In this document: positions 49,440-58,102 of the stretch, piece by piece | Layout: every line of letters begins with the position of its first letter | Numbering within the stretch: position 1 is the first letter of the stretch | Assembly: GCA_965223485.1 (NCBI GenBank) | Contig: OZ244993.1 | Location: forward strand, 74,958-138,957 | Source: Rhodothermales bacterium | GTDB taxonomy: Bacteria; Bacteroidota; Rhodothermia; Rhodothermales; VXPQ01 | DNA: 64,000 nucleotides | Direction: 5' to 3' | The notes under the pieces: model-generated | What the model was told of the DNA's origin: nothing | The model's input: only the letters and a program-made list of their open reading frames with translations | Databases searched by the model: none | Translations under genes and position numbers: made by a program

Positions 49440-50654
49440 ATGACAGACACTACCCCCAAGGGATCCTCCATCACCTTGCTCGGCGCCGGTCTGATCGGCA
49501 TGTTCTATGCGTTGGCCGTCAACGGTTGCCGGGGACGCGACCGCATCCGCAGCGTGTTTTCGCGCAGCGCGGAGCGGGCACAGACCTTCGCCGGAGAATG
49601 GGGTATCGGCCATCATACCGACGACCTGGAAACCGCCATCAGGCACCCCGAAACAGACATGGTGATCATCGGCCTGCCCAACCAGCTGCACGAGGAATGC
49701 GTCCGACTTGCGGCAGAGGCCGGCAAAGGCGTCCTGTGCACGAAACCGTTGGGCCGCACCGCCGCCGAGGCAAAGCGCATGCTGGCCATGGTCGAGGAAG
49801 CCGGGGTGTTTCACGGGTATCTCGAAGACCTGGTGTATACCCCCAAGACGCTCAAGGCTATCCGAAGCGTACAGGAAGGCGCGTTGGGAGACATTTTGTG
49901 GGTGCGGTCCCGCGAAACGCATCCGGGGCCGCACAGCGCCTGGTTCTGGGATATCGAACAGGCGGGCGGCGGAGCGCTGATCGACATGGGGTGCCACACG
50001 ATCGAAATTGTCCGGAATTTCGTGGGTAAGAACAATCGTCCGGTGGAGGCCATGTGCTGGGCCGACACCCTCGTCCACCCGATCGACGCGGAGGATCACG
50101 GCGTGGCGCTCATCCGCTTCGAAAGCGGGGCGGTCGGGCAAATCGAGGTAAGCTGGGCGTTCCGGGGCGGCATGGACCTGCGCGACGAGGTGGCCGGAAC
50201 GGAGGGCACGATCTGGCTCAACCACTGGCTGCGCACCGGGTTCGAGATGTTTACCTCGGGCGAAACGGGCAGTTACGTGGCCGAGAAGATCGAATCGCCG
50301 AGCGGATGGCTGTTCCCGGTGGGCGACGAGCCGAAAGCGCTCGGCTACACGGACATGTTTCAGGACATGTTCGAGGCTGCGGAGGCGGGCCGGGAACCGA
50401 TGGAAACTTTTTATGACGGATACGTAGTCAATGCGGTCCTCGACGCCTGCTACAAATCGGCGAAATCGAGGCAATGGGAAGAGGTCGTGCTGGACGACTG
50501 GCGAGCGGAAAAACCGCATCCGAGGGTGGCGCCGACCGTACGCGAGGTGGACGGGCATGTCATCATCAAGGAAGAGGTTCTGCCCGACGGCACGACGCGC
50601 CGCATCCTGAAAAACAAGCAAACGGGACACGTTACGCAGGTAACGCTCGATTGA
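49440..50654 (+). CDS. Gfo/Idh/MocA family oxidoreductase
   Basis: [45 protein letters not shown]. Confidence 0.92.
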   Translation: MTDTTPKGSSITLLGAGLIGMFYALAVNGCRGRDRIRSVFSRSAERAQTFAGEWGIGHHTDDLETAIRHPETDMVIIGLPNQLHEECVRLAAEAGKGVLCTKPLGRTAAEAKRMLAMVEEAGVFHGYLEDLVYTPKTLKAIRSVQEGALGDILWVRSRETHPGPHSAWFWDIEQAGGGALIDMGCHTIEIVRNFVGKNNRPVEAMCWADTLVHPIDAEDHGVALIRFESGAVGQIEVSWAFRGGMDLRDEVAGTEGTIWLNHWLRTGFEMFTSGETGSYVAEKIESPSGWLFPVGDEPKALGYTDMFQDMFEAAEAGREPMETFYDGYVVNAVLDACYKSAKSRQWEEVVLDDWRAEKPHPRVAPTVREVDGHVIIKEEVLPDGTTRRILKNKQTGHVTQVTLD

Positions 50655-50659
50655 CTGCC

Positions 50660-51532
50660 TTGAACGATTCGCCCGAACATCCTGTCGTCCGCATTGCGAT
50701 GTGGTCGGGGCCGCGCAACATTTCCACGGCGCTGATGCGCGCATGGGAAGCCCGCGGCGATACGCTCGTGACGGACGAGCCGCTGTATGCGCATTACCTG
50801 CTGAAAACCGGCGCCCCGCACCCCGGACGCGACGAAATCGTTGCGCACTGCGAAACGGACTGGCGCAAGGTGGTGGCGGAGTTGACCGGTGAAACGGACA
50901 ACAAAGAAGACCCTGTCGATGGGGCGAATCGCAGCGGGTCCGGAGAGCACGATACGCTCGGCGGAAATGCCGATGCGCGCGGCTCCAGGCAGCGCAACGG
51001 GTCCGGAGATCGGGATACGCCCGCCGAAAAACGCATCTACTACCAGAAGCATATGGCGCATCATCTGCTTCCGGAAATGGAGGGGCCCTGGCTGGACCGG
51101 CTGACCCACGCCTTCCTGATCCGCGATCCGGCAGAGATGGCGGTATCGCTTGCGCGCATCACGGAGAACCCCGGACCGGACGATACCGGATTGCCGAACC
51201 AATGCGCTCTGTACCGGCGCGTGACACAAAAAATGGGATGTCCGGCTCCTGTGATCGATGCGCGGGATGTGCTGGAGAACCCGGCCGGCGTGCTCGAAAA
51301 ACTCTGTGCGGCCCTTAGCGTACCCTGGACCCCGTCCATGCTCTTCTGGGAGCCCGGCCTGCGGCCCGAAGACGGTGTCTGGGCTCCTCATTGGTACGAC
51401 CAGGTCGCCACCTCGACGGGGTTCCGTTCCCGCCCCCCGGGAAACCGGGAGGTCCCGCAGGCACTGCACGAACTGGTCGAGACCTGCCGCCCCTTATACG
51501 AAGAATTGCACCGCAACCGGATCACCGCCTGA
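50660..51532 (+). CDS. Sulfotransferase-like P-loop protein (family of the plant BCAT-like N-terminal domain)
   Basis: RIAMWSGPRNISTALMR, DEPLYAHYL, YQKHMAHH, FLIRDP, GVWAPHWY, STGF; TTG start inferred (50651 also possible). Confidence 0.8.
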   Translation: MNDSPEHPVVRIAMWSGPRNISTALMRAWEARGDTLVTDEPLYAHYLLKTGAPHPGRDEIVAHCETDWRKVVAELTGETDNKEDPVDGANRSGSGEHDTLGGNADARGSRQRNGSGDRDTPAEKRIYYQKHMAHHLLPEMEGPWLDRLTHAFLIRDPAEMAVSLARITENPGPDDTGLPNQCALYRRVTQKMGCPAPVIDARDVLENPAGVLEKLCAALSVPWTPSMLFWEPGLRPEDGVWAPHWYDQVATSTGFRSRPPGNREVPQALHELVETCRPLYEELHRNRITA

Positions 51533-51533
51533 T

Positions 51534-52436
51534 ATGCTCCAGACCTTCGACGAGCGCAACCGGAATATCCTTGTCAATATCAACGGCGCGCTGACGCCCC
51601 GGGACGAGGCGGGCGTGAGTCCGTTCGACAGCGCGGTACAGGGCGGGGACCTCGTATGGGAAGGGCTCCGTCTGTACGAGGGCCGCATCTTTCGCCTTAT
51701 CGAACATCTCGACCGGCTGAAAGCGTCGGCGCAGGCGCTGGCGTTTGCGGTCATTCCCTCGCACGAAGAAATCATCGGGGAAGTGCGTCGTACGCTGGAG
51801 GCCAACGGCATGCGGGACGGGGTGCATATTCGCCTGTCGCTGACGCGGGGGGTGAAAATCACGTCGGGCATGGACCCGCGCCTGAACCAGAGCGGTCCGA
51901 CCCTGATCGTGCTGGCCGAATACAAGGCCCCGGTGTACCAGACGGACGGGCTGTCGCTCATAACGAGTTCCATCCGGCGGTTTCCGCCCGACTGCCTGGA
52001 CCCGAAGATTCATCATGGGAATCTGCTCCAGTCGATCCTGGCCAAAACGGAAGCGAATACGGCGGGGGCGGACGATGCGCTGATGCTGGACCGCAGCGGG
52101 TTCATTGCCGAAACGAACGCCACGCATATCTTTCTGGTGAAGAACGGGGCCGTGCTGACGGGGCATACCCATGCCTGCCCGGAAGGCATTACCCGGCAGG
52201 TCGTGCTGGAATTGTGCGCAGCGCACGGCATCGAGTCCGACGTGCGGAATCTGTCTCTGGCGGAGGCGTACAGCGCAGACGAAATGTTCTGTACGGGAAC
52301 GATGGGCGAACTGGCGGGCGTTACGCGGCTCGACGGACGGACGATCGGCGACGGGCGCATCGGACCGATGACGCAGCGCCTCGGCGAGCTGTACCGGGAG
52401 GAGACGGCGCGCAGCGGGGTTGTGGTGGTGGAATGA
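51534..52436 (+). CDS. PLP-dependent aminotransferase class IV (BCAT/DAAT/ADC lyase-like)
   Basis: DSAVQGGDLVWEGLR, HLDRL, DPKIHHGN (PLP Lys), AETNATHIF, CPEGITRQ, ADEMFCTGTMGEL. Confidence 0.92.
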   Translation: MLQTFDERNRNILVNINGALTPRDEAGVSPFDSAVQGGDLVWEGLRLYEGRIFRLIEHLDRLKASAQALAFAVIPSHEEIIGEVRRTLEANGMRDGVHIRLSLTRGVKITSGMDPRLNQSGPTLIVLAEYKAPVYQTDGLSLITSSIRRFPPDCLDPKIHHGNLLQSILAKTEANTAGADDALMLDRSGFIAETNATHIFLVKNGAVLTGHTHACPEGITRQVVLELCAAHGIESDVRNLSLAEAYSADEMFCTGTMGELAGVTRLDGRTIGDGRIGPMTQRLGELYREETARSGVVVVE

Positions 52437-52605
52437 GACGGTCGCGGACCGCACCGATGACGCAGCGCCTCGCCGGGCTGTACCGGGAGGAGACGGCGTG
52501 AGCGGGTTGTGGTGGTGGAATGAGGCGGTCGCGGATCGCACCGATGACGCAGCGCCTCGCCAGCCTGCACCGGGAGGAGACGGCGTGAGCGGGTTGTGGT
52601 GGTGG
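52364..52605 (+). repeat. Three tandem copies (~88 bp) of the aminotransferase 3' end
   Basis: ACCGATGACGCAGCGCCTCG...CCGGGAGGAGACGGCG...GGGTTGTGGTGGTGG starting at 52364, 52453 and 52540. Confidence 0.93.
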
Positions 52606-52763
52606 CGCAAGTATTGCTACGCACCCGGGAAATTCTTGTAACGATTCGGGGAATCCTCTTGAACGAAGAGTCCGCAAACGCCTATTTTGCGCTTGACGCG
52701 CTGTGATTACCACCCTCCCGCATGGCAGCGCGTTTCTTCACACAAACTTTACTCCTTCATACG

Positions 52764-53216
52764 ATGACTTCCCTTCGCTCCATCGCAAAAATCGCCCTTT
52801 GCCTGTTCGCCGCCGGCGGACTCCTTTCGCAAACGGCCCTGGCGCAGGATGTGCCCCGCACCGCCGCGCCCGAAGGCGCTTCGGCATATATCATCAGCCC
52901 TGAAGACGGCGCCACGATCGAGGGCGGCAAAGTACATGTCGTGTTCGGCCTGAAAGGCATGGGCGTAGCGCCCGCAGGCATCGAATACCCCGATACCGGA
53001 CACCATCACCTGCTGGTCAATGCGGAAGAGCTACCCCCTGTGAACATGCCCATCCCTACCGACGAAAACCACATCCACTTCGGTATGGGCCAGACGGAAA
53101 CGACGCTTGACCTCGAACCGGGCGTGTACACCCTGCAACTGCTGGTCGGGGACAAAAACCACATCCCCCACGATGCGCCCGTGATGTCGGAGAAAATCAC
53201 GGTGACTGTGGAGTAA
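52764..53216 (+). CDS. DUF4399 domain-containing secreted protein
   Basis: Signal peptide; YIISPEDGATI, FGLKGMGVAPAG, TGHHHLLV, HFGMGQTET, LQLLVGDKNH. Confidence 0.85.
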   Translation: MTSLRSIAKIALCLFAAGGLLSQTALAQDVPRTAAPEGASAYIISPEDGATIEGGKVHVVFGLKGMGVAPAGIEYPDTGHHHLLVNAEELPPVNMPIPTDENHIHFGMGQTETTLDLEPGVYTLQLLVGDKNHIPHDAPVMSEKITVTVE

Positions 53217-53421
53217 GGAAGCAGCGCACAGTAAACCGGGCGTAAAGCCGCAGGCGCTGAAACGACGGCGAAAAAAAAGGCCCGCGCCACCTGCGTAGCC
53301 AACCATGGATTCTCCTCTCCCCCGCATCTATCGGGAACCCGGTTTCGTATAACATACATAAGAGGGCGCCGGTTGAATTTTTCCCGGCGGAGTATTGTGA
53401 TATGAACGAGAGAGGTGAGAC

Positions 53422-55116
53422 ATGGCCGCGCCTTACAGGAAAATCATCAAGGATATACGGCTCGCATTTCCCCAGCCGACTTCCGACCGGATTCACGACT
53501 CGTATCTCGTGCATTCATTCATGAGTGCACTGAATCAGGTGGATACCCTGAAAATGCACTTGCCGATGCTCGGCCCCGTCGTCGAACCCGACTACGAGCA
53601 GGCAAGACACGCCAAGTTGCCCCAGGGTATGTCCTCGGTGGAGGAGGTCGCATCCGAACTCGTAAGCTACCTGCGGGGCATGACGGTCGTCGGACATCCT
53701 CGCACGCAGCAGAATGTCATTGCCCCACCCACCATTCCCAGCGTGATCGGGGTATTGCTCGCCGCCCTGCACAACCCGAATCTGGGGTGGGACGAACACA
53801 GCCGGCTCTTTGCGCTGGCCGAGGTCGAGGCCGCCGGCATCACTGCCGGACTGATCGGCTATGATCAGGAACAGGCCGGCGGCGTGTTCACGTTCGGCGG
53901 CACCGGCACTTCGCTGTACGGAATCCGGATCGGTCTGGAAAAAGCCTGCCCGGGAAGTTTACGCCGTGGATTGTCCGAAGAGGCCGTTGTGTTCGTTGCG
54001 GACACGGGCCATTACTGCGCGTACAGCATTGCAGGATGGGTCGGCATAGGTTCGGATCATGTGGTTTCGATTCCCACAACGCCTGAAAACGAGATCGATC
54101 TGAACCTGCTTGAGGAGGCGGCGCACAAGGCGCTGCAGGACGGCAAAAAGATCGCGGCCTTCATTGCGACGATGGGCAGCACCGATGCATTCGGCGTGGA
54201 CAATCTGCGGGCTATCGTGGCGCTTCGGGATAGGCTGGTCGAGGAGTTTGATCTCCCCTATCGCCCGCATGTGCACGCCGACGCCGTCATCGGATGGGCC
54301 TGGTCGGTCTTCAATGACTACGATTTCGAGAAGAACGAGCTGGGCTTTCGGCCCCGTACCCTGCGGGCGCTCGCGGGCGCATGCCGGCGGATACGAGATC
54401 TGCCGCTCGCCGACTCTGTGGGCGTGGATTTCCACAAGACCGGTTTCACGCCCTACATATCCAGCCTCGTGCTCGTCAAGGACTACAAAGACCTCCGGTT
54501 GCTGAAACGCGACCGGGAACAGATGCCGTATCTCTATCAATTCGGGAAATACAAGCCGGGGATGTACACGCTGGAGACGTCCCGGGCGGGGACGGGTCCC
54601 ATGGCGGCGCTTGCCAATTACCGCTTGCTCGGCGTGCAGGGCATACGCGTTCTGATCGGGCATCTCGTGGAGATGGCCCAACTACTGCGAGAGCATCTCG
54701 AAGGACATGAAGGCGCCATCGTGCTGAACCGGGATAATTACGGGCCGGTGACGCTGTTTCGGGTATACCCTCCCGGTCAGGAGGCCTTTGCGACCTTTAC
54801 GAACAGACGAAAGGAATTCACGGACCCCGCCTACCGGGACGCTCTGCTCGCGTACAACGACTACAACCGGAAGGTCTCGGCGTATGTGCACGAGGAGGCC
54901 ATGGCGGGACGGGGCGTGTTGCTTTCCCTGACGGACTGCTACCGGCATACCACCTACGGGGAACCCGTCGTGGCTCTGAAATCCTATATCATGTCCCCGT
55001 TCGTGGACCAGGAGAACCTGGAAATCATTGTCGAGAAGGTGCTGGAAGCGCGGGAGCAGTTGCGGAAAGACACGGCATCCAAACAGGGTCGAGAACTCCT
55101 GGACTGGTTTGCTTAG
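53422..55116 (+). CDS. Group II PLP-dependent amino acid decarboxylase
   Basis: GVFTFGGTGTSLYG, HYCAY, ATMGSTDAFGVD, HVHADA, DSVGVDFHK (PLP Lys), TLETSR. Confidence 0.9.
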   Translation: MAAPYRKIIKDIRLAFPQPTSDRIHDSYLVHSFMSALNQVDTLKMHLPMLGPVVEPDYEQARHAKLPQGMSSVEEVASELVSYLRGMTVVGHPRTQQNVIAPPTIPSVIGVLLAALHNPNLGWDEHSRLFALAEVEAAGITAGLIGYDQEQAGGVFTFGGTGTSLYGIRIGLEKACPGSLRRGLSEEAVVFVADTGHYCAYSIAGWVGIGSDHVVSIPTTPENEIDLNLLEEAAHKALQDGKKIAAFIATMGSTDAFGVDNLRAIVALRDRLVEEFDLPYRPHVHADAVIGWAWSVFNDYDFEKNELGFRPRTLRALAGACRRIRDLPLADSVGVDFHKTGFTPYISSLVLVKDYKDLRLLKRDREQMPYLYQFGKYKPGMYTLETSRAGTGPMAALANYRLLGVQGIRVLIGHLVEMAQLLREHLEGHEGAIVLNRDNYGPVTLFRVYPPGQEAFATFTNRRKEFTDPAYRDALLAYNDYNRKVSAYVHEEAMAGRGVLLSLTDCYRHTTYGEPVVALKSYIMSPFVDQENLEIIVEKVLEAREQLRKDTASKQGRELLDWFA

Positions 55117-55144
55117 TGGGGGAGGGTGAGAAAATAGAAGGTCG

Positions 55145-55188
55145 AAAGTAGGCTAATTCAAAATCCAACTTTGAATCAGCCTACTTTT
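55145..55188. terminator. Long hairpin after the decarboxylase (terminator or IS-end remnant)
   Basis: AAAGTAGGCT-A-ATTCAAA, loop ATCCAAC, TTTGAAT-C-AGCCTACTTT: 17 of 18 pairs, followed by T residues. Confidence 0.55.
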
Positions 55189-55521
55189 GAGGGGATTATA
55201 GCCGAAACCTTTCAATTGGCCGAACCAAAAGGTTGCAACCAGCCGATATCTGAACCCCCTTGGTGAAACACATCCTGCACAAGCACGGCTACCCGCCCGA
55301 CAAGAAGGAGAAAGCAACCCGAACGGTGCTGGAGTAGGCGGAGGTGCTGTCGGCAGAGTGGGCGGTGTGAAACCTTGCCTGCGGAGACGGTCCGGATCAA
55401 AACACACGGAACCGCCTACCGCCGAAAAGAAACTTGAGAAAGACACACAAGGTACGAAGCGTATTCGAACGATCGGGCGACCGTTCAAGCAGGCCAAATA
55501 CATTCAACAGGCAAACGTCCG

Positions 55522-55833
55522 ATGATACCTGCTATCCAAGAACAGCGAGACGAGTTACAACAGCTCTGCGACCACTACCAGGTTCTGCGGCTGGACCTGT
55601 TCGGCTCGGCCGTCACCGGAGATTACTACGAAAACGAAAGCGACATTGATTTTCTGGTCGAATTTCAAAAACTCCCACCCGGAAAATACGCCGACGCCTA
55701 TTTCGGACTGCGCGAAGATCTGGAATTATTATTTGGCCACCCTGTGGACCTTGTCGTCGATTCGGCCATCAAGAACCCCTTCTTCCGGCAACGCATCGAT
55801 GAAACCAGGACCTTGCTCTATCATGCAGCTTGA
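55522..55833 (+). CDS. mntA: Minimal nucleotidyltransferase antitoxin (MNT)
   Basis: LFGSAVTGDYYENESDIDFLV (GSx10DxD), LFGHPVDLV, IKNPFF. Confidence 0.88.
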   Translation: MIPAIQEQRDELQQLCDHYQVLRLDLFGSAVTGDYYENESDIDFLVEFQKLPPGKYADAYFGLREDLELLFGHPVDLVVDSAIKNPFFRQRIDETRTLLYHAA

Positions 55834-56164
55834 GTCTCAAAAATACCTGTACGACATCAGGGAAGCTGCGCACTTACTGGAAATATTCGTTGCTGGCAAA
55901 ACTTTTGAGGATTATCGGTGCGACGCCATGTTGCAAGCCGCGGTAGAGCGCAAGTTCGAGATCATTGGCGAGGCCATGAATAACCTTGCCAAAATCGACA
56001 AAGTCGTGACCTCTCGGATCACTAACTATCAACGCATCATTAGTTTCCGCAACGTTCTGAGTCACGAATACGGTAACGTGGATGACCGGCTGGTGTGGGG
56101 GGTTCTCGAAACCAATCTCCCGGCCCTCGTTCGCGAGATTGACGCCCTGTTGAAGGACGAATGA
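55823..56164 (+). CDS. hepT: HEPN/DUF86 ribonuclease toxin (HepT-like)
   Basis: AVERKFEIIGEA, FRNVLSHEY (Rx4H), YGNVD; overlaps the MNT gene by 11 bp. Confidence 0.88.
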   Translation: MQLESQKYLYDIREAAHLLEIFVAGKTFEDYRCDAMLQAAVERKFEIIGEAMNNLAKIDKVVTSRITNYQRIISFRNVLSHEYGNVDDRLVWGVLETNLPALVREIDALLKDE

Positions 56165-56321
56165 GGAGGGTCTGTCCGACGACCGCCCCCACCTCACCCC
56201 TCTCCAAACGCCCCGCTATCGATCATCTGCTGAAAGAAATCCGTCATGGACTCTTTCAGCGGGCGGTACGTCATGCCCAGGGCGCGTTTGCTCTTGGAAT
56301 TGTCGGCTATCCAGGGATGCA

Positions 56322-56362
56322 TGCCATTTTGTCACACTTACCGCATCGGCACGGCATTTGAT
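56322..56362 (+). promoter_or_regulatory. Possible sigma54-type promoter and upstream operator for hsp20
   Basis: cGGCAC-N5-TTGAT at 56347-56362 resembles the -24/-12 consensus with an imperfect -12; quasi-palindrome TGCCA-TTT-TGTCA at 56322-56334. Confidence 0.3.
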
Positions 56363-56416
56363 AAACAGGAAGGCAACATTCACACAACCAGCCCACCATC
56401 CTTTGGGAGGTACATC

Positions 56417-56893
56417 ATGAATAGCCTCGTACGTTTCACGCCGGTCAGCGGGCTGCACACTATGCAGCACGAAATCGACCGGCTCTTTCACAACTTTTTC
56501 CCCACGAGAAGCCTCGGAAACATCTGCGCCGATACGGACTGCTGCTCCCCGAATAGGGATGCGGTCAACTGGTCCCCGCGCGTGGATATCGCCGAATCGG
56601 AGCAGGAATACGTCCTGCATGCGGACGCGCCCGGCATGACCAAGGACGCGTTCGACATCCACTGGCAAGAGAACGTGCTGACGGTGAGCGGCGAACGGGA
56701 GATTCCCGCCCCCGGGGAGAACGAGAAGTCGGTGCGCGCCGACAGGGTCCGCGGGACGTTCGGGTTCTCTTACCGGCTGCCGAAGGCGACCAGCGACGGA
56801 GGACGTATCGCGGCTTCCTACGAAGCCGGGGTGCTGACCATCCGCATTCCGAAGGAAGAGGCCGCCCGTCCGCACCGCATCGCGGTATCGTAA
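56417..56893 (+). CDS. Hsp20/alpha-crystallin small heat shock protein
   Basis: GGAGG RBS; WSPRVDIAE, DAPGM, LTVSGER, GTFGFSYRLP, ASYEAGVLTIRIPK. Confidence 0.93.
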   Translation: MNSLVRFTPVSGLHTMQHEIDRLFHNFFPTRSLGNICADTDCCSPNRDAVNWSPRVDIAESEQEYVLHADAPGMTKDAFDIHWQENVLTVSGEREIPAPGENEKSVRADRVRGTFGFSYRLPKATSDGGRIAASYEAGVLTIRIPKEEAARPHRIAVS

Positions 56894-56943
56894 CGCGGAT
56901 CACACACAGAACCGGCCGGCAAGTGCCGGCCGAAACCACGCCA

Positions 56944-56978
56944 AAGCCCGCACGGGATCATCTCCTGTGCGGGCTTTT
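56944..56978 (+). terminator. Intrinsic terminator after hsp20
   Basis: AAGCCCGCACGGGA/TCCTGTGCGGGCTT stem (one G-U pair), followed by TTTT. Confidence 0.75.
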
Positions 56979-57012
56979 CGCATGCCTGCCGGATAGGGCA
57001 GGGCCCCAAGAC

Positions 57013-57170
57013 GAATGAACGGCCCGCATGCACAACGCTGCGCGCGGCGCATCCTCAACAATCTCCGGACGGGCAGCAGCGCGAACGAACGGCCCGCATG
57101 CACAACGCTGCGCGCGGCGCATCCTCGACAATGTCCGGACAGGCGCAGCGCGAATGAACGGCCCGCTTGC
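57013..57170. repeat. About 2.3 tandem copies of a ~70-bp GC-rich palindromic unit (REP/BIME-like)
   Basis: GAA(T/C)GAACGGCCCGC at 57013, 57083 and 57152; internal inverted repeat ACGCTGCGC...GCGCAGCGC. Confidence 0.85.
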
Positions 57171-57189
57171 AAGGTGCGGCGCTCCGGCG

Positions 57190-58101
57190 CTACCGGTCCG
57201 GGTTGGGCAACACCCGAAATCGTACGGAGGCGCTTGCGAAACTGCCGAACAGGCCGCGCCCGCCCTCCACATGATCGATCACATTAGGAAGTTCGCCCGG
57301 CGGCAACGTAGAACCGCCGTTTTCCCCCTGCTGCACCGCGTTCGAACGCACAAAATCGAACACGTTGTCGTCGATCGCCTGAATCCGCACCTCGTTAAGC
57401 CCATAAAAGTTCACCCCGAGCCAGGGATACCGGACACGGAGCCCGCCGTTGGGCGTTCGGTCGAAATTCTCCTCGTTCAGGGGCGGCGACACACTCTCGC
57501 GGAGCGTAAAGAGGTCTTCGCCAAGGGCATCGGCGAACGGGGTCAGATTCGTCGAATCGGGCTCGAGCGCTATCGTGGTAAACAGAAAAATGCTCTGACG
57601 GCCGGGATAGACGGGCGCCGTAATCTCGAAGGTGGGCGCTTCGCCCGCATCGTACACGAGCGTCTCGTCGTGCGCGCCCACGAAGCGGAAAAGGCCGGGA
57701 ACCGTCGTTTCTGACGTGATGGTTCCGGCTCCGGGAACGTCCGCGACGAGGCGGTACGTCCGAAGCGGCAATACGCGCACCAGCTCTCGCATGCGGTAAC
57801 GCCCCGAAGCCGCATCGGGGGCGAACAACTCCCAGGACGCCTCGACCCCGTCGCTGTCGTTTTCGAGCAGTTCAATGCGCACGGCGGCGCCCGCCACGGC
57901 CTGGGTAGCGGGATCGTAGGTCCCGTCGACCGGAAGCGTCCGGCTCACGGTGATGTACCCGATAGACCGCCCGGCTTCGAGATAGCCCTCCACAACGATC
58001 TCTTCCTCGAACGCCGGCGGGGCGACGGCATCGCAACCGGGCAAGACCGCCGCAAAGACGGCCGCCGCAAGAACGGGTATCCATGCAAATGTCGAGCGCA
58101 T
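57190..58101 (-). CDS. DUF4249-like lipoprotein partner of the TonB receptor
   Basis: Lipobox LPGC; EIVVEGYL, NVIDHVEGGRGLFGS. Confidence 0.75.
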   Translation of the reverse strand: MRSTFAWIPVLAAAVFAAVLPGCDAVAPPAFEEEIVVEGYLEAGRSIGYITVSRTLPVDGTYDPATQAVAGAAVRIELLENDSDGVEASWELFAPDAASGRYRMRELVRVLPLRTYRLVADVPGAGTITSETTVPGLFRFVGAHDETLVYDAGEAPTFEITAPVYPGRQSIFLFTTIALEPDSTNLTPFADALGEDLFTLRESVSPPLNEENFDRTPNGGLRVRYPWLGVNFYGLNEVRIQAIDDNVFDFVRSNAVQQGENGGSTLPPGELPNVIDHVEGGRGLFGSFASASVRFRVLPNPDR

Positions 58102-58102
58102 G

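Noticed and set aside
52364-52605. Possible CRISPR array
   Set aside because: Units are contiguous ~88-bp copies of a gene end with no unique spacers, and no cas genes are in the window.
55153-55503. 116-aa ORF between the decarboxylase and the TA pair
   Set aside because: No motif, RBS or codon pattern in either orientation, and it ends inside the hairpin; treated as non-coding or remnant DNA.
56280-56416. CIRCE/HrcA operator upstream of hsp20
   Set aside because: No TTAGCACTC-N9-GAGTGCTAA match.
57013-57170. Possible CRISPR array
   Set aside because: The whole 70-bp unit repeats, including the would-be spacer; only 2.3 copies.
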